Below are positions 1 to 13,000 of a stretch of 64,000 bases of DNA, in pieces. The number at the start of each line of letters is the position of its first letter. Within the stretch, counting starts at the first letter, position 1. This stretch comes from Octopus vulgaris (taxonomy: Eukaryota), in the NCBI GenBank assembly GCA_951406725.2, contig OX597832.1, positions 28,086,001 through 28,150,000 on the forward strand, given 5' to 3'. Made by a program: the position numbers and the translations under genes. Below the pieces are notes generated by a model. That model was not told the DNA's origin. It did no database searches and saw only the letters and a program-made list of their open reading frames with translations.

Positions 1-804
1 GTGTATGCATGTATGTGTGTGTGTGAGCATGTATGCATATTTATAACCATAGACTGTGTGTGCATGTGTGTACTTATAGCATCTTTTCCTTGTTTCAGGC
101 ATTAGCCTTTGGCCATGCTGGGGCACCGCTTTGAAGAATTTTTAGGCAAATGAATCGATCCCATTATTTATTCTTCTTCAAAGCTTGGTGCTTATTCTGT
201 TGGTTTCTTTTGCTGAACTGCTAAGTTACAGGGACGTAAACACACCAACACTGGTTGTCAAGCGGCAATGTGGAGGCAAACACAGACACAAAGACTCATG
301 CTGTACCTATTTCCAAAGCCATGCCTTTGTGTGTTGTTACTCAGAGTTTCTCAGTTCTGATCCTCAGGCAACAAGATGCGATGATATTAACCTTTCGGGG
401 GTCGATAGATTAAGTACCAGTTGCGTACTGGAGTCGATCTAATCAACTGCCCCCTCCCCCTCAATAAAAATTGGGGGCCTTGTGCCTAGAGTGGAAAAGG
501 ATATTTTGAAGTTGTTTTTTAAATGCTTTGGGCTGCATTTACATCTATCATATTGCAAACAACTTGGCAGAAATTGCTTCTATGTATTTGTGTGTGTGTA
601 TGTAATCATGTGTGTAAGTGTGCAAGAGCATGGGTTTGTGTGTATGCATATATGCTGCACCATGAACATGTTATTTCTGCACACCATGTGCTTCCCAACC
701 ACATGGTTCTGGGTTCAGTGGCACCTTAGCCAAGTGTCTTCTGCCCGACCCAGAGCCTTGTGAGTGGATTTGGCAGATGGAAACTGAAAGAAGCCTGTCG
801 TATG

Positions 805-845
<41 letters not shown>

Positions 846-2550
846 GTGTATTTACATCTGTATTTGTCCCTCGATAATTGGTGTTGGTGCCTTTATGTCC
901 TGGTAACTTAGCAGTCCGGCAAAAAGAGACCGATAGAATAAGTACCAGGCTTTAAAAATAAAATCTGTAGGGTGAAATTGTTCGACTAAAACCCTCTCCC
1001 CCAGCATGGCCCCAGTCAAATGATTGAAGCAAGGAAAAGATAAAAGAGAGTTATAAACCTGAGATCAGTTTGTCCCAATTTAAAGCTAAAAATAGCAGCA
1101 ATGATATTCAGAGGCACCAGATGTCACTCCAAGACTATGTTTTCACACCCCAAAAAAAAAAAAAAAAAGACACCCACCCATATACATTAAGAAGCACAAA
1201 ACAATAAATATTTCTCCTGAAATACTCTGAGAATAGAATCAAAATGGTGAACAATACCCAGTTATTTATGTCTTCAGATTTTCACTTTTTACACCAAAAA
1301 TTAAGCCACTTCAGCGATAATTCTTTACATAGCTTCCCATTGTAAAAAAAAAAAAAAGCAGAAAAAAACTCTTTTACAGCCAAAGAATTCCATCACACTC
1401 TTTCATTTGCCATTCACTAGTTTCCACTGCTTTGGGTATTTATAGGTTCACCACAGGCGCTGTCATAAGAATTCTTTGCCAAAATTTTTAATGGAATATT
1501 TTAGCTTTTTTTGAGATTTTTTTCTTAACAAGTGTTTTTTATTATTATTATTATTATTCATTGCTTGAGGAACAGTTTGAGAAAAGTTGGTAAGGCTGGA
1601 AACCACATCAGGTTCCATTGTCTGTTTTTTTTTTTTTGGCATAGTTTCTACAGCTGGATGCCTTTCCTAATGCCAACCACTTGACAGAGTCTAGCTGGGT
1701 GCTTTTTATGTAGCACCAGCACCAACAGGGTCACCAAGTACATTGCCAGGCAAAACCCACCTTGCAACTGGGAGGCAGGTGAGGCTTTGTGTCCAGTTGA
1801 CGAGAGATGAAATGTATAGAGAGACATGGATAGGTGTCTTGCTGTAAGAGTAGATCGTGGGTAAATACCTGGGTTGGAAAATAAAGGGGACAATAGTGAG
1901 GGGGAGATGGATGGTGGCAACGAAGTGTCAGTGCATGCCCTGGGGAGGGGGGGCATTGGGAACGGTGAGAATAGGAGAGGTGATGCAGAGGCTTGGGTGA
2001 GTGGACAGGATGAGGTGACTAACAAATGAGAAATATAGACGAGGTTGGGGTGAGATGAGGTGGGTAGTTGCAGTAGATATGTGAGGGCATTGAGGATAAT
2101 ATATATACGTATCTCCTGCTACGTATTTACATAAAGATATATATATGTATGCATACATACGTATGCATGCACACATACACACGCATGTGTGTAGATTATT
2201 TTTATAATGGTGGTGGTGGTGGTGGTGGTGGTGATGGGGCTAATCCTTGTTTGAGAACAGTTGTAAAAACACCCCACCCCTCCCCTCCGTCGAACGTCTT
2301 ACACCCACTTTCCCCAATCATATTTCATAACTCTGTCTCACCCAATCCTATCTCTTCCAACTGTTGACAATTCTATTTTACACACACAATACATATATAC
2401 ATAAAAACATACATACATACACACACACACATATATATATAAGTTAATCCAAACATGAAAACACAGAGAAAACACAACAACTCGAGGACATGGAACAAGT
2501 ATGGTGTTATTGGACGCTCAGGAAAGGAAAGAAGGAAGGAGGATTTAACG

Positions 2551-2594
<44 letters not shown>

Positions 2595-2683
2595 TATATG
2601 TGTAGATATATATATATATACACACATACACTCACATATATATATATATATATATATACATGCATATATATATATATACACAA

Positions 2684-2721
<38 letters not shown>

Positions 2722-3599
2722 TGTCCGTTATTTCTAACTATTGGCTCCATCCTTCTGCATTAAATAGTGTCTTGTGATCGAGCTTCTCTGTTTAGGCTGC
2801 GAATGGATGACTCACTACCACTGCACACACACACACATGTCCCCGGCTGCACCATCCTGCCGATGCTGTTGTTGTTGCTGCTGCTGCTGTGCTCTTGACT
2901 TGCATAACAACCAGCCTCGCTCCGTCCATTAACACAGTTCATCTTTCATCACCATCACCATCATCACCATCATCGTCGTCGTCTTCCTCGTAATCACTAG
3001 ACTTCTGTTTTTGTTTCTGCAACTCCTGCTGCTAGTGCTGCTGCTGCTGTTGTTGTTGTTGATGTTCCAGTTTCTCAGTTCTTCACAACAAGAACCCATC
3101 ACCACCACCACCACCGCTACTACTACTACCACTACTACTAATCACCAGCAGAGCTGCAGGCAGCTGATGTGCAGCCTCAGCAAAAAGTTGCTCTCGTAGT
3201 GCACATGTGCATGAGTTGATACTGAGACGGGAACCTTTGAAATGTTTGTGTTTTCAACTGTTGCTGTTCATTCACTGACTGACATGTGAACATATATACA
3301 TACATACATGCATGTATATATGTCATCATCATCATCATCGTTTAACGTCCGCTTTCCATGCTAGCACAGGTTGGACGGTTCGACCGGGGTCTGGGAAGCC
3401 AGGAGGCTGCACCAGGCTCCAATCTTGATCTGGCAGTGTTTCTACAGCTGGATGCCCTTCCTAATGCCAACCACTCCGTGAGTGTACTGGGTGCTTTTTA
3501 TGTGCCACCAGCGCAGGTGCCAGGGGAGGCTGGCAACTGCCACGATTGGTTGGTGCTTTTTATGTGCTATATATATATATATATGTGTGTGTATATATA

Positions 3600-4191
3600 T
3601 GAGGGTGAGTCTTAATGGCATTTTGTTTCAGAGTCAAAAAGTAATGCCATTTTGTTTAGGACAGGTATAATTACTAACACAGGAACATGTATCATACATC
3701 AAAATGAAGCTGGTCCTCTGTGAATCACATCCTTACTTCTCAACATAGTCACTCTTTCTCTCAATAGCAATGTTCCACCTTCGAATGAGAGCATGTATCC
3801 CTGCTCCGTAAAATTCTGTTGACTGTTCTTTGAGCCGCTTCTTCACTACAGTTTTCACTTCCTCATCACTGGAATAAGGTTTGCCTATCAAACCCTCTTT
3901 CACGGGGCCGCAGAGATGATAGTCTGAAGGAGCTAAATTATTCCAGTGACGAGGAAGTGAAAACTGTAGTGAAGATGTGGCTCAAAGAACAGTCAATAGA
4001 ATTTTGTGGGACAGGGATACATGCTCTCATTCGAAGGTGGAACATTGCTATTGAGAGAAACGGTGACTATGTTGAGAAATAGGGATGTGATCCACAGAGG
4101 ACCAGCTTCGTTGTGATGTATGATACATGTTCCTGTGTTGGTAATTGTACCTGTCCTAAACAAAATGGCATTATTTTTTGACTCACCCTCG
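3600..4191. mobile_element. Palindromic mariner-derived non-autonomous element (two inverted transposase 3' ends)
   Basis: TA-flanked ends (t)gagggtgagtc...gactcaccctcg. Arms about 3630-3877 and 3938-4191 are reverse complements. The minus strand encodes LAPSDYHLCGPVKEGL..YSSDEEVKTVVK..WNIAIE..DYVEK*, a mariner C-terminus. Confidence 0.88.
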
Positions 4192-4714
4192 TATCATACA
4201 ATACACATGTAAATATACTAAGTCATACATACAAGTACTTGTTGGTACCTCTGTGTGTGTGTGTGTGTGTATATATATCTGCTTTACCCCTCCCCCCTGC
4301 CTTATACATATATACACTCACCCACCCATTCTGCTGGTCTGTGCAACAGCTGTTGTCCTTATTTCACTTGCGCTTCTCACTGCCCCTACCCCCATGTCTT
4401 CTCTACCCCTGCTCCCACCCTTATATGTCTTCTGTGCTCCACAGTTTCCCCTCCCCTCCAATATTAAAGTTCACCACTTGATTTCCTTGCTGTACCCTGT
4501 GACTTAACCTTTAATATTATTACTGTACCCTGCACCACCACCCTGATTTATCACCTCTATGCTCTGACGTATTGCAGCTGTACCCTGATAACCATCTCCA
4601 TCCACCCTGCATCACTTGATAACTGTGGTTTCCAGAAACACAACACTAACTTCAAAGAGTTCAATATTTTAACATTTTATCAGAGAAAACTAATGTGTGT
4701 TGTGTGTTTATATA

Positions 4715-4936
4715 CGTTTACTCTTTATTCTTTTACTCTTTTACTTGTTTGACTGCGGCCATGCTGGAGCACCGCCTTTAGTTGAGCAAATCGACCCCGG
4801 GGACTTATTCTTTGTAAGCCTAGTACTTATTCTATCGGTCTCTTTTGCCGAACCACTAAGTTACCGGGACGTAAACACACCAGCATCAGTTGTCAAGCAA
4901 TGGTAGGGGGACAAACATATACACACACATACATAC

Positions 4937-4984
<48 letters not shown>

Positions 4985-4985
4985 C

Positions 4986-5084
<99 letters not shown>

Positions 5085-5135
5085 CATACACACACATACA
5101 TACATACATATATACATACATATATATACATGTAC

Positions 5136-5173
<38 letters not shown>

Positions 5174-5179
5174 ACATAC

Positions 5180-5231
<52 letters not shown>

Positions 5232-5397
5232 ATATATACGACGGGCCTCTTTTAGTTTCCGCCTACCAAATCCACTCACAAGGCTTTGGTCAGCCTGAGG
5301 CTATAGTAGAAGACACTTGCCCAAGGTGCCACGGAGTGGGACTGAACCCGGAACCATGTTGTTGGTAAGCAAGCTACTTACCACACAGCCACTCCTA
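4715..5397 (-). mobile_element. SINE family A with ~320-bp internal (TA)/(CA) microsatellite
   Basis: Full head and tail on the minus strand with an expanded central microsatellite at about 4915-5238. Confidence 0.85.
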
Positions 5398-5540
5398 TAT
5401 ATATATATTTATTAATATTTAGCAGAAGCAACAGAGTGACTCAAGGTCTGATAGTTTCGTTATTAGGCTGACAGAAATATACTCAGACTCATGTTTTGAG
5501 TTCTGTTTTTCCTGTTTGCATCAACATGTAAATAAATACA

Positions 5541-5572
<32 letters not shown>

Positions 5573-5796
5573 GGCAGTGAGCTGGCAGAATCATTAGCAC
5601 AGCAGACAAAATGCTTAGCTGTATTTCATCTGCTTCTATGTTCTGAGTTCAAATTCCGCCAAGGTCGACTTTGCTTTTATCCTTTTGGGGTTGATTAAAT
5701 AATTACCAGTTACACACTGGGGTCGATGTAACCAATTAATCCCCTCCCCCAAAATTTGAGGCCTTATGCTTCCAATAGAAAGAATTATTATCATTA

Positions 5797-5830
<34 letters not shown>

Positions 5831-6943
5831 CATAGATATGCATATCTACACACATAGGTACATGCTTTATGGTTATGGGCCCCGTTGATGATTGCACACC
5901 CTGATCACTTAAATATCTGATTAGAGAAACCAGGTGTTGCTCTGAGTATGTCTTTCTTTATCACTGTCCATGCCCCACCCTTATCTGACAGTGCTGGGTG
6001 TATTTCTTGTTCCTGTCTTCCTTACCACCACCCTGCCCTCTTCACCAATGGTACCACAAAGTGAACAGAGTGTCTCAGTGATGTCTTTGACTCTTGGAAC
6101 TGTTTCTTTGGTCCTCCAGCCAGACACTGACCATGCTGTAACTGGCCAAAGTGGATCAGGAGTCAGACTTGGAAATCAAGGTACTTGCTTAGAGAGACCC
6201 TGTTTTTAAGTCTACCGAAGGAAACTGTGTACACTAGCTAAAAACCTTATGCTACCTCAGTATCTGAATAAGGTTTGGGGTTGGTTGTTGCTGGGGAGGG
6301 AGAGCTGGGCTGTGTGTTGTTTGACTGGTCACTTCAGTTTTATGGACAAGAAGTGACAGGCCCTTTCTTTCAAACCTATCACTTTACACCTGGATCGTTA
6401 ACCCTTTATCATTCACATTACTCTGCCAAGTTTAGTATTTGCTCACATTGTTTAGAATTTATTCATCAGAGCTACACTTGGCTGCCTTCTAGTTCACCAA
6501 ATGAACTTAGTCAGCAGCATACACTACTGCACTGCATCTGTATATCGTCATCATCATCCAGTGTTTTAAATTCGGGATTTGTCCCCGTTAACAGGTGTGG
6601 TGTGATCTATCTGAATGCCATAGCAACCGAAGTAGGCAGGTGCCACCCACCCCAACCTTTGGGCTGGCTGGTGCCCATTCTCCTTTGCTATCGTGAGGCT
6701 TTTTTGGAGCTGGATTTTCTACAGGGATCATGCCCTTGCTTAGCCCCAATCTCAGTTTCTAGACATGAGTGATCTTGAGACCAAGGCTTCTACCACGATT
6801 TTAAAGAAATGTATTGGAAAACTAGCTCGGGAAGGCAGGGACGCTACTCCCTGAGACCCCTTTCCAAGCCCCCCTACCTATATGTATGTTTGTATGTATG
6901 TATATATACATATATATATATAGATGTATGAATATGTATGTAT

Positions 6944-6995
<52 letters not shown>

Positions 6996-7064
6996 ATATA
7001 TATATGTATATATGTGTGTTTGTATCCAGCAAAAGAGACTGATGATGTATATGTATGTATGTAT

Positions 7065-7114
<50 letters not shown>

Positions 7115-7322
7115 ATGCATGTATGTATATCATACTAGTCTATACGCACATACACGTTCACATTCATGCATACTATTCTGAAGTGATTTCTCCGCAACCT
7201 CCTCCTCCTCCTCTTCCATTTGAAGTGTCAGTGACCTTTGGTGTTGGATGAGTCACACAAACAGCCAACATCAACTGAGTAACCTCAAACTCCGACCCCC
7301 CACCAAACCCTCCAAGACATCA

Positions 7323-7357
<35 letters not shown>

Positions 7358-8796
7358 TTTTTTTTGCTTTTTTTGTTTATAATTAGAGGTCGCATGATCA
7401 GCTTCTTTAAATAGATAGCCTAGTTTTTCTCTTTAATTCATGCATATATGCGTGTGTCTATGTGTATGTATATTTGTGTGTGTCGATGTGTATGTAAATT
7501 TGTGGGTGTGTATTTGTGTTCTGCGATGCATATATATGTACGTATGCGCTTCTGTGGTCAAACATAAGTGCATATCTGTGCGCCTATGTGTGAGGTCATT
7601 CAACGCATTGGAATTTGGTCATTCTTTCATATTTCTTGATCTCTGCATGTCTCGAAACTGGAACCAAGAATGTGTAATTAAGCCAATTAGCAACAAAGTA
7701 ATTAAGTGCTGAGAACTAAATTTAGTAGTCCCACTTCCTCTATTTAAATTAATCAGCTGTGTTTGAATTATCTTTCTGATTTCCTCTGCAAATTAATAAT
7801 GTAAGCAACAGATCATTAGAGAAATAGTAAATATAATTAGTTAAAAAAAATAATTTTTATAGAAGTAATAAATCATCATCATCATCGTTTTAACATCTGC
7901 TTTCCAAGCTGGCATGGGTTGGACGGTTTGACTGAGGTCTGGAAAGCCAGGAGACCGCACCAGGCTTCAATTTTGATCTGGCAATGTTTCTACAGCTGGA
8001 TGCTCATTCTGACGCCAACCACTCTAAGGGTGTAGTGGGTGCTTTTTACATGCCATCGGCACAGGAACCAATCAGGGGGCACTGGCATTGACCATGTCCA
8101 GATATTTCTATGTTTCAAAATTAAAATTATTGATGTAAAAATATAAAATTTTAAATATAACCACAGGCATAGCTGGGTGTTAAGTACCTTGCTTCTTAAC
8201 GATGTGGTGCTAATGTCTTCTTCTGTAATCAAGACTAACCAAAACTTTGGTGAGATTTGGTAGAAGGAAACACTGCAGATGCTTGTTGAGCATGTGTGTG
8301 TGTATTTGTCCATTACCTGGATGTTTTCTAAGAAGGGTTTGATGAAGAAGAGGGACTTGAAGCAGGATTTTAATGATAAGATTCTCTTTCCGTCACCAAC
8401 CCTTACCTGTTTTTCAAGTAAGGGGGTTTTAATTCTAGAGGAATTTGAAAGCACAGAGATACTAGACATTTTTTGTTTTGACAGGAATTGTCCGAGAAAC
8501 ATATCATCAGTTGTGGTTCAGTTACAAGTAATAGTCACCATCTATAAAACCTCTCTCTCTTTCTCACACACACATGGCAGGCTTTTCAGTTTGTTTCTGC
8601 CAAATCCTTTCACAAGACATTGATTGACCCAAAGATAAAGTAGAAGATACAAGCCCAAGATGCCACACAATGGAATCTTGGGCAATCACAGTCACCTTCT
8701 CAATCACACAGCCATACCTGCACCTGTGAGGGTGTGTAAGTATACATACATACATACATACACGCTCACTCACTCTCACATATGTAGGGTGTTTAA

Positions 8797-9017
8797 CCCT
8801 TTAGTGTTTGCATTATTCTACCAAAATTAATGCTTTTTTATCCAAATTGTTTTGAGCTAATCCTGCATTATCTTGTAGCCATGAGATTTTGATGAGGTAG
8901 CTGTTAATTTTTAAAACGATATTGTAGGGTTGGTGTGAGAGACCAGATATGGCCAGTTTGAACATAAAACAAGCAGAATACTTTTGGCCGGATATGGCCA
9001 GTTTAAATGCTAAAGGG
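8797..9017. mobile_element. piggyBac-type MITE (TTAA TSD, CCCTTTAG termini)
   Basis: ttaa|ccctttag ... ctaaaggg|ttaa; same family as 60198-60417, 60669-60879 and a partial copy at about 50320-50535. Confidence 0.8.
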
Positions 9018-9096
9018 TTAATTCCAAGCCTTTGACCACCACCCCCATTTTTTTTTTGGTCTTTTTCATATTTTCTTCTCTTCTTGTGTTTTGCAG

Positions 9097-9239
9097 TGAA
9101 CATCTCTGTCAATGGAGACATTCATCACCAGAATAACATGGCTAACACACCAACAGCAGCGTCCACCACTGAAAACGGGGCTGAATTAGAGGTAGAGAGG
9201 AAATTCTTTCAGCAAATGTCCAATATTCCTGAGCCAAAG
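9097..9239 (+). CDS. FNDC3A: FNDC3 exon (linker before FN3-1)
   Basis: ttgcag| ... aag|gtaagt; reads NISVNGDIHHQNNMANTPTAASTTENGAELEVERKFFQQMSNIPEPK; phase 1 in, phase 0 out. Confidence 0.8.
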
Positions 9240-9962
9240 GTAAGTCTGTCACAATTCTCTGTGGATAGTGCCATCATCATCATCATCATCACCACCACCA
9301 ACACCACTAACACCATTACCATTGGCATTGTCCTTGTATATTCTTCCATACTGGCATCAGTTGCGTAGATCTGTTTTTGGAGCTCATCATTTTTGCTACA
9401 ACCATTTGTCATATTCCTTGTGATGTTCAGCATCCTGACAGAAAACCTAACCATTTCTTTCCATGCCTTCTTTTCCCCCCCACAGGCTCTTCCCATGTCC
9501 AGTCACCTGATCCTTCTTCACCTGTCTGACATTTTTCCACATGACTCATGTCTGCACCAACACATCTTTTTCTCTCTTACTCATTCCATCAGGTTTCCCT
9601 TAAATCCAGTTTTTCTCTCGGTCCGCCGCCCATCCTCTGTCGTTCAATAACTTCTATATTTACAATTCCTGCTGATCACGTGTCTCTCATCCCTTCCCAG
9701 CATTTGCACACCCTCCACACACAATGTCCTTGACTCACTGCCATTTAACATCACACTTTGTACACATCATCATCATCGTTTAACGTCCGTTTTTCATGCT
9801 AGCATGGGTTGGACGGTTCGACCGGGGTCTGGGAAGCCAGGAGGCTGCACCAGGCTCCAGTCTGATCTGGCAGTGTTTCTACAGCTGGATGCCCTTCCTA
9901 ACCCCAACCACTCCATGAGTGTACATATTTCATAACTGGACCAAGACTTGGAAATGCTCTGT

Positions 9963-10001
<39 letters not shown>

Positions 10002-13000
10002 CACTACCACTGCCATTGTCATCATCATCATTGTCCTCAAATACTTGTTTTCCAAGCTGGCATAGGTTGGATGGTTCGACCAGATCCACTGTGTCAGAAA
10101 ACTACATTGTGCCCTGGTGTCGCTACTTTGGCATGGTTGCTATGGCTAGATGCCTTTCCTAATGCCAACCACTTCAGACGGTGTTCTGGGTACTTTTTAC
10201 GTGGGTGGCATTAGCACTAGTGAGGGTGGTGATGGTGAGATGCCACAGCAACCCTCAAGGTACACAAGGGTGGCTGGCCGAGAGAATGAGAACTGAAGGG
10301 TGGGTTGGTAGAAGTTATGAGAGGGTATGGGGAGGATGAGGGATGGTTGGAGATGAGGTAGGATCCAACGAATGTAATGAATGGGGAACAAGGGTGGAGG
10401 TGTATCGCTGATAAGTATGAACTGGAGGCAAGGTTGGGGAGAGTAGGTGATGACTGGCAGTACAGAAAGGGTGATGGGAAACAGAACAGTAATAGCGAAT
10501 GGGGTGGGGGAATGGTGAAAGGGAGATGACAAGTGGGTGGAGGGCAGAGTGATAAGGATGAGTCAAGGGGGGAAATGGTTCATGGAAGAGGGAGAGAGAT
10601 AACTGATAGCACAGAAGAGGAATCGATGTAAAATGTCAGTGGAAGCGATTCCAGCTTGTGGGAGAGGAAAAGATAAGAGGTAGAGCAGAAAAGGTTTTGT
10701 GAAACATGTAGTTCTGCTTCTCATTTGATTACAGTTGCAGAATCCTGCAGTAGATAGGAAAGTGATGGGTGGGGGACCAGTGATAGGGAGATTTGGGGTC
10801 AGTGGGGGAAGGTATGACAAAAGGAAATAGGACAAGGAGACCAGTTCTTTATAGAGACATTATTCTTTCAAAACATCTTTCGCCATGATTGGCAGGTCTT
10901 CTTCATACCACATATTAACAATCATTTTCATCCTTTCTCATCTCCTCCACAAGGTTCAAATTCCTGAGATCAGCCTTCACTACTTCATCTCATATCTTCT
11001 CTGGATTTTCCCCTCTTCCACAAGCTCCATCCTCTTCTGTCTACAGCTGTCCTCATCCAATCACATCACATGTCCAATACCAACGTAGCCTTCTCTTCTG
11101 CTCACTTCATCTGATTCCTTTTTATGTCCATTTTTTTCTCAACATATTTGTACTTTGTCCCTCTACACTGACCTCGTCTAACTTTATTCTCTCCAGTGTC
11201 CAGTCACACTGACCAGTATTAATCTTATCTATTGGCTACAACAAGATCAGCTTAACACAATGATGTGACCACAACAGAGGCTATATGTCATCACTTTGGA
11301 AGGCGGCGATCTTGCAGAAACGGGTGAAATGCGTAGCTGCATTTCGTCCCATCTTTACGTTCTGAGTTCAAATTCCGCCAAGGTCGACTTTGCCTTTCAT
11401 CCTTTCGGGGTCAATAAATTAAGTACCAGTTATGCACTGGGGTTGATGTAATCGACTTAATCCCTTTGTCTGTCCTTGTTTGTCCCCTCTGTGTGTAGCC
11501 CCTTGTGGGCAATAAAGAAATATATATGTCATCACTTGATTTGTTAGAAATAGCAACCAAATCTTATATAAATCCCGTCCAAGCGTTTTAACAAAAAGAT
11601 AAATGATATGTCGTGTACTGTAGTCCTAGATATATTTAGGGTCGCAGCTGGCATGTCTACGATCATACATCTATCCGATGAACCAGGGTTGACCTGTCAG
11701 GTTTAAACAACAACAACACACAATGGCCACAATTAACTTATTTGACACTGGTCCCTTCTCTGTCCCCTCCCCCCTACTTTTTTCTTTCACCTCTTAATCA
11801 TCATCATCATCATCATCATCAATTCAGCTTATCAAGTGACCTCCTTTTCGTACTTCCGCATATTTCACACTGACTTACTCATCCACTGAGACCCACCACC
11901 ACCACTCCTCCAACCCCACTCGTTTCTTTCTCTCTCTGGTTTCTATGGCAACTGGTGGCATGACAAAGCTGATTACGAATGTTTGATGTCAGAGTCGTGT
12001 TCGCAACCACCACCATCACCACCACCACCATCGCCTTCATTTGTTGTGCCATGCCATCCATGTCGTGTCATGGTAACTTGATCAGAACAATCGTATTACA
12101 ATATTTATTTCTACATAAATGGTAAATGTGTGTGTGTGTGTGCGTGTGGTCAATTAGCATTGACATCAGAGCACAGGCTAGAATGTGCTCTTTGGTATTT
12201 TGTCTGGTTTTCTGCACTCTTTGAGAGCAGAGCCCACCAAGGTCAGCATTATGTTTCCTCTTTCTGGGAGGAATGGGGGAATAGTCAGTGAAATGCCAGT
12301 CATATACTGGACTCAATTCTGCTCTCTCTCTCTCTCTCTCTCTTACAACACACTGTGAGAAAGGGTCGTGAAGGACCACTAACAGTGACCCTTTCTCCAA
12401 AGATGAAGGGCTAAATGATGGTCCAGCAAATCTTTTCCCATAGAAAGCCTAATATGGTGCTGTTACTGTCCAATGACCACCTGATGGTCAGTACAGCTAA
12501 AATGTGTGTGTGAGTGTGGACATTCATATTTACATACGAAGAAGGGACAGTACCATCGTCATCATCATTTTGTGTCCATTTGTGTCATCATCATTTTGTG
12601 TCCATTTTCCATTTTGTCATAGATTAGATGGGTTGTCATAGTCTGAGACGACCAAGGACCTCATATCTGTGTGTGTGTGTAGGCACAGGCATAGCCATGT
12701 GGTTAAGAAATTTTCTCTGCAACTACATGGTTTCAGGTTCAGTCCTACTCTGTGACATCTAGGCAAGTGTCTTCTACTCTAGCTCTGGGTTGACTGATGC
12801 CCTGTGAGTGGATTTACTAGACGGGACCTGAAATGAGCCCACGTCATGTGTGTGTGTGTGTGTGTGTTTCTGTCCTTGTTTTGGTATTTCATGATGATTG
12901 TAAATGAGCATCACTGTCATACAAGCAGTGTTGTTTGTTTCTAGTCTTTCTTGAAAACTTTATCCAGCCATGGGGGAAATATTGTCTTACATGGGAACAG

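Noticed and set aside
3011-3199. Signal-peptide-like ORF MFLQLLLLVLLLLLLLL..
   Set aside because: Poly-Leu and poly-Thr come from CTG/TTG/ACT microsatellites; non-ATG start and no recognisable domain.
2373-7251. Numerous 60-130 aa ORFs rich in YI/CV/HT
   Set aside because: Translations of (TA)n/(CA)n microsatellites with no coding signal; the same applies at 29068-30071, 31469-31970 and 36030-36592.
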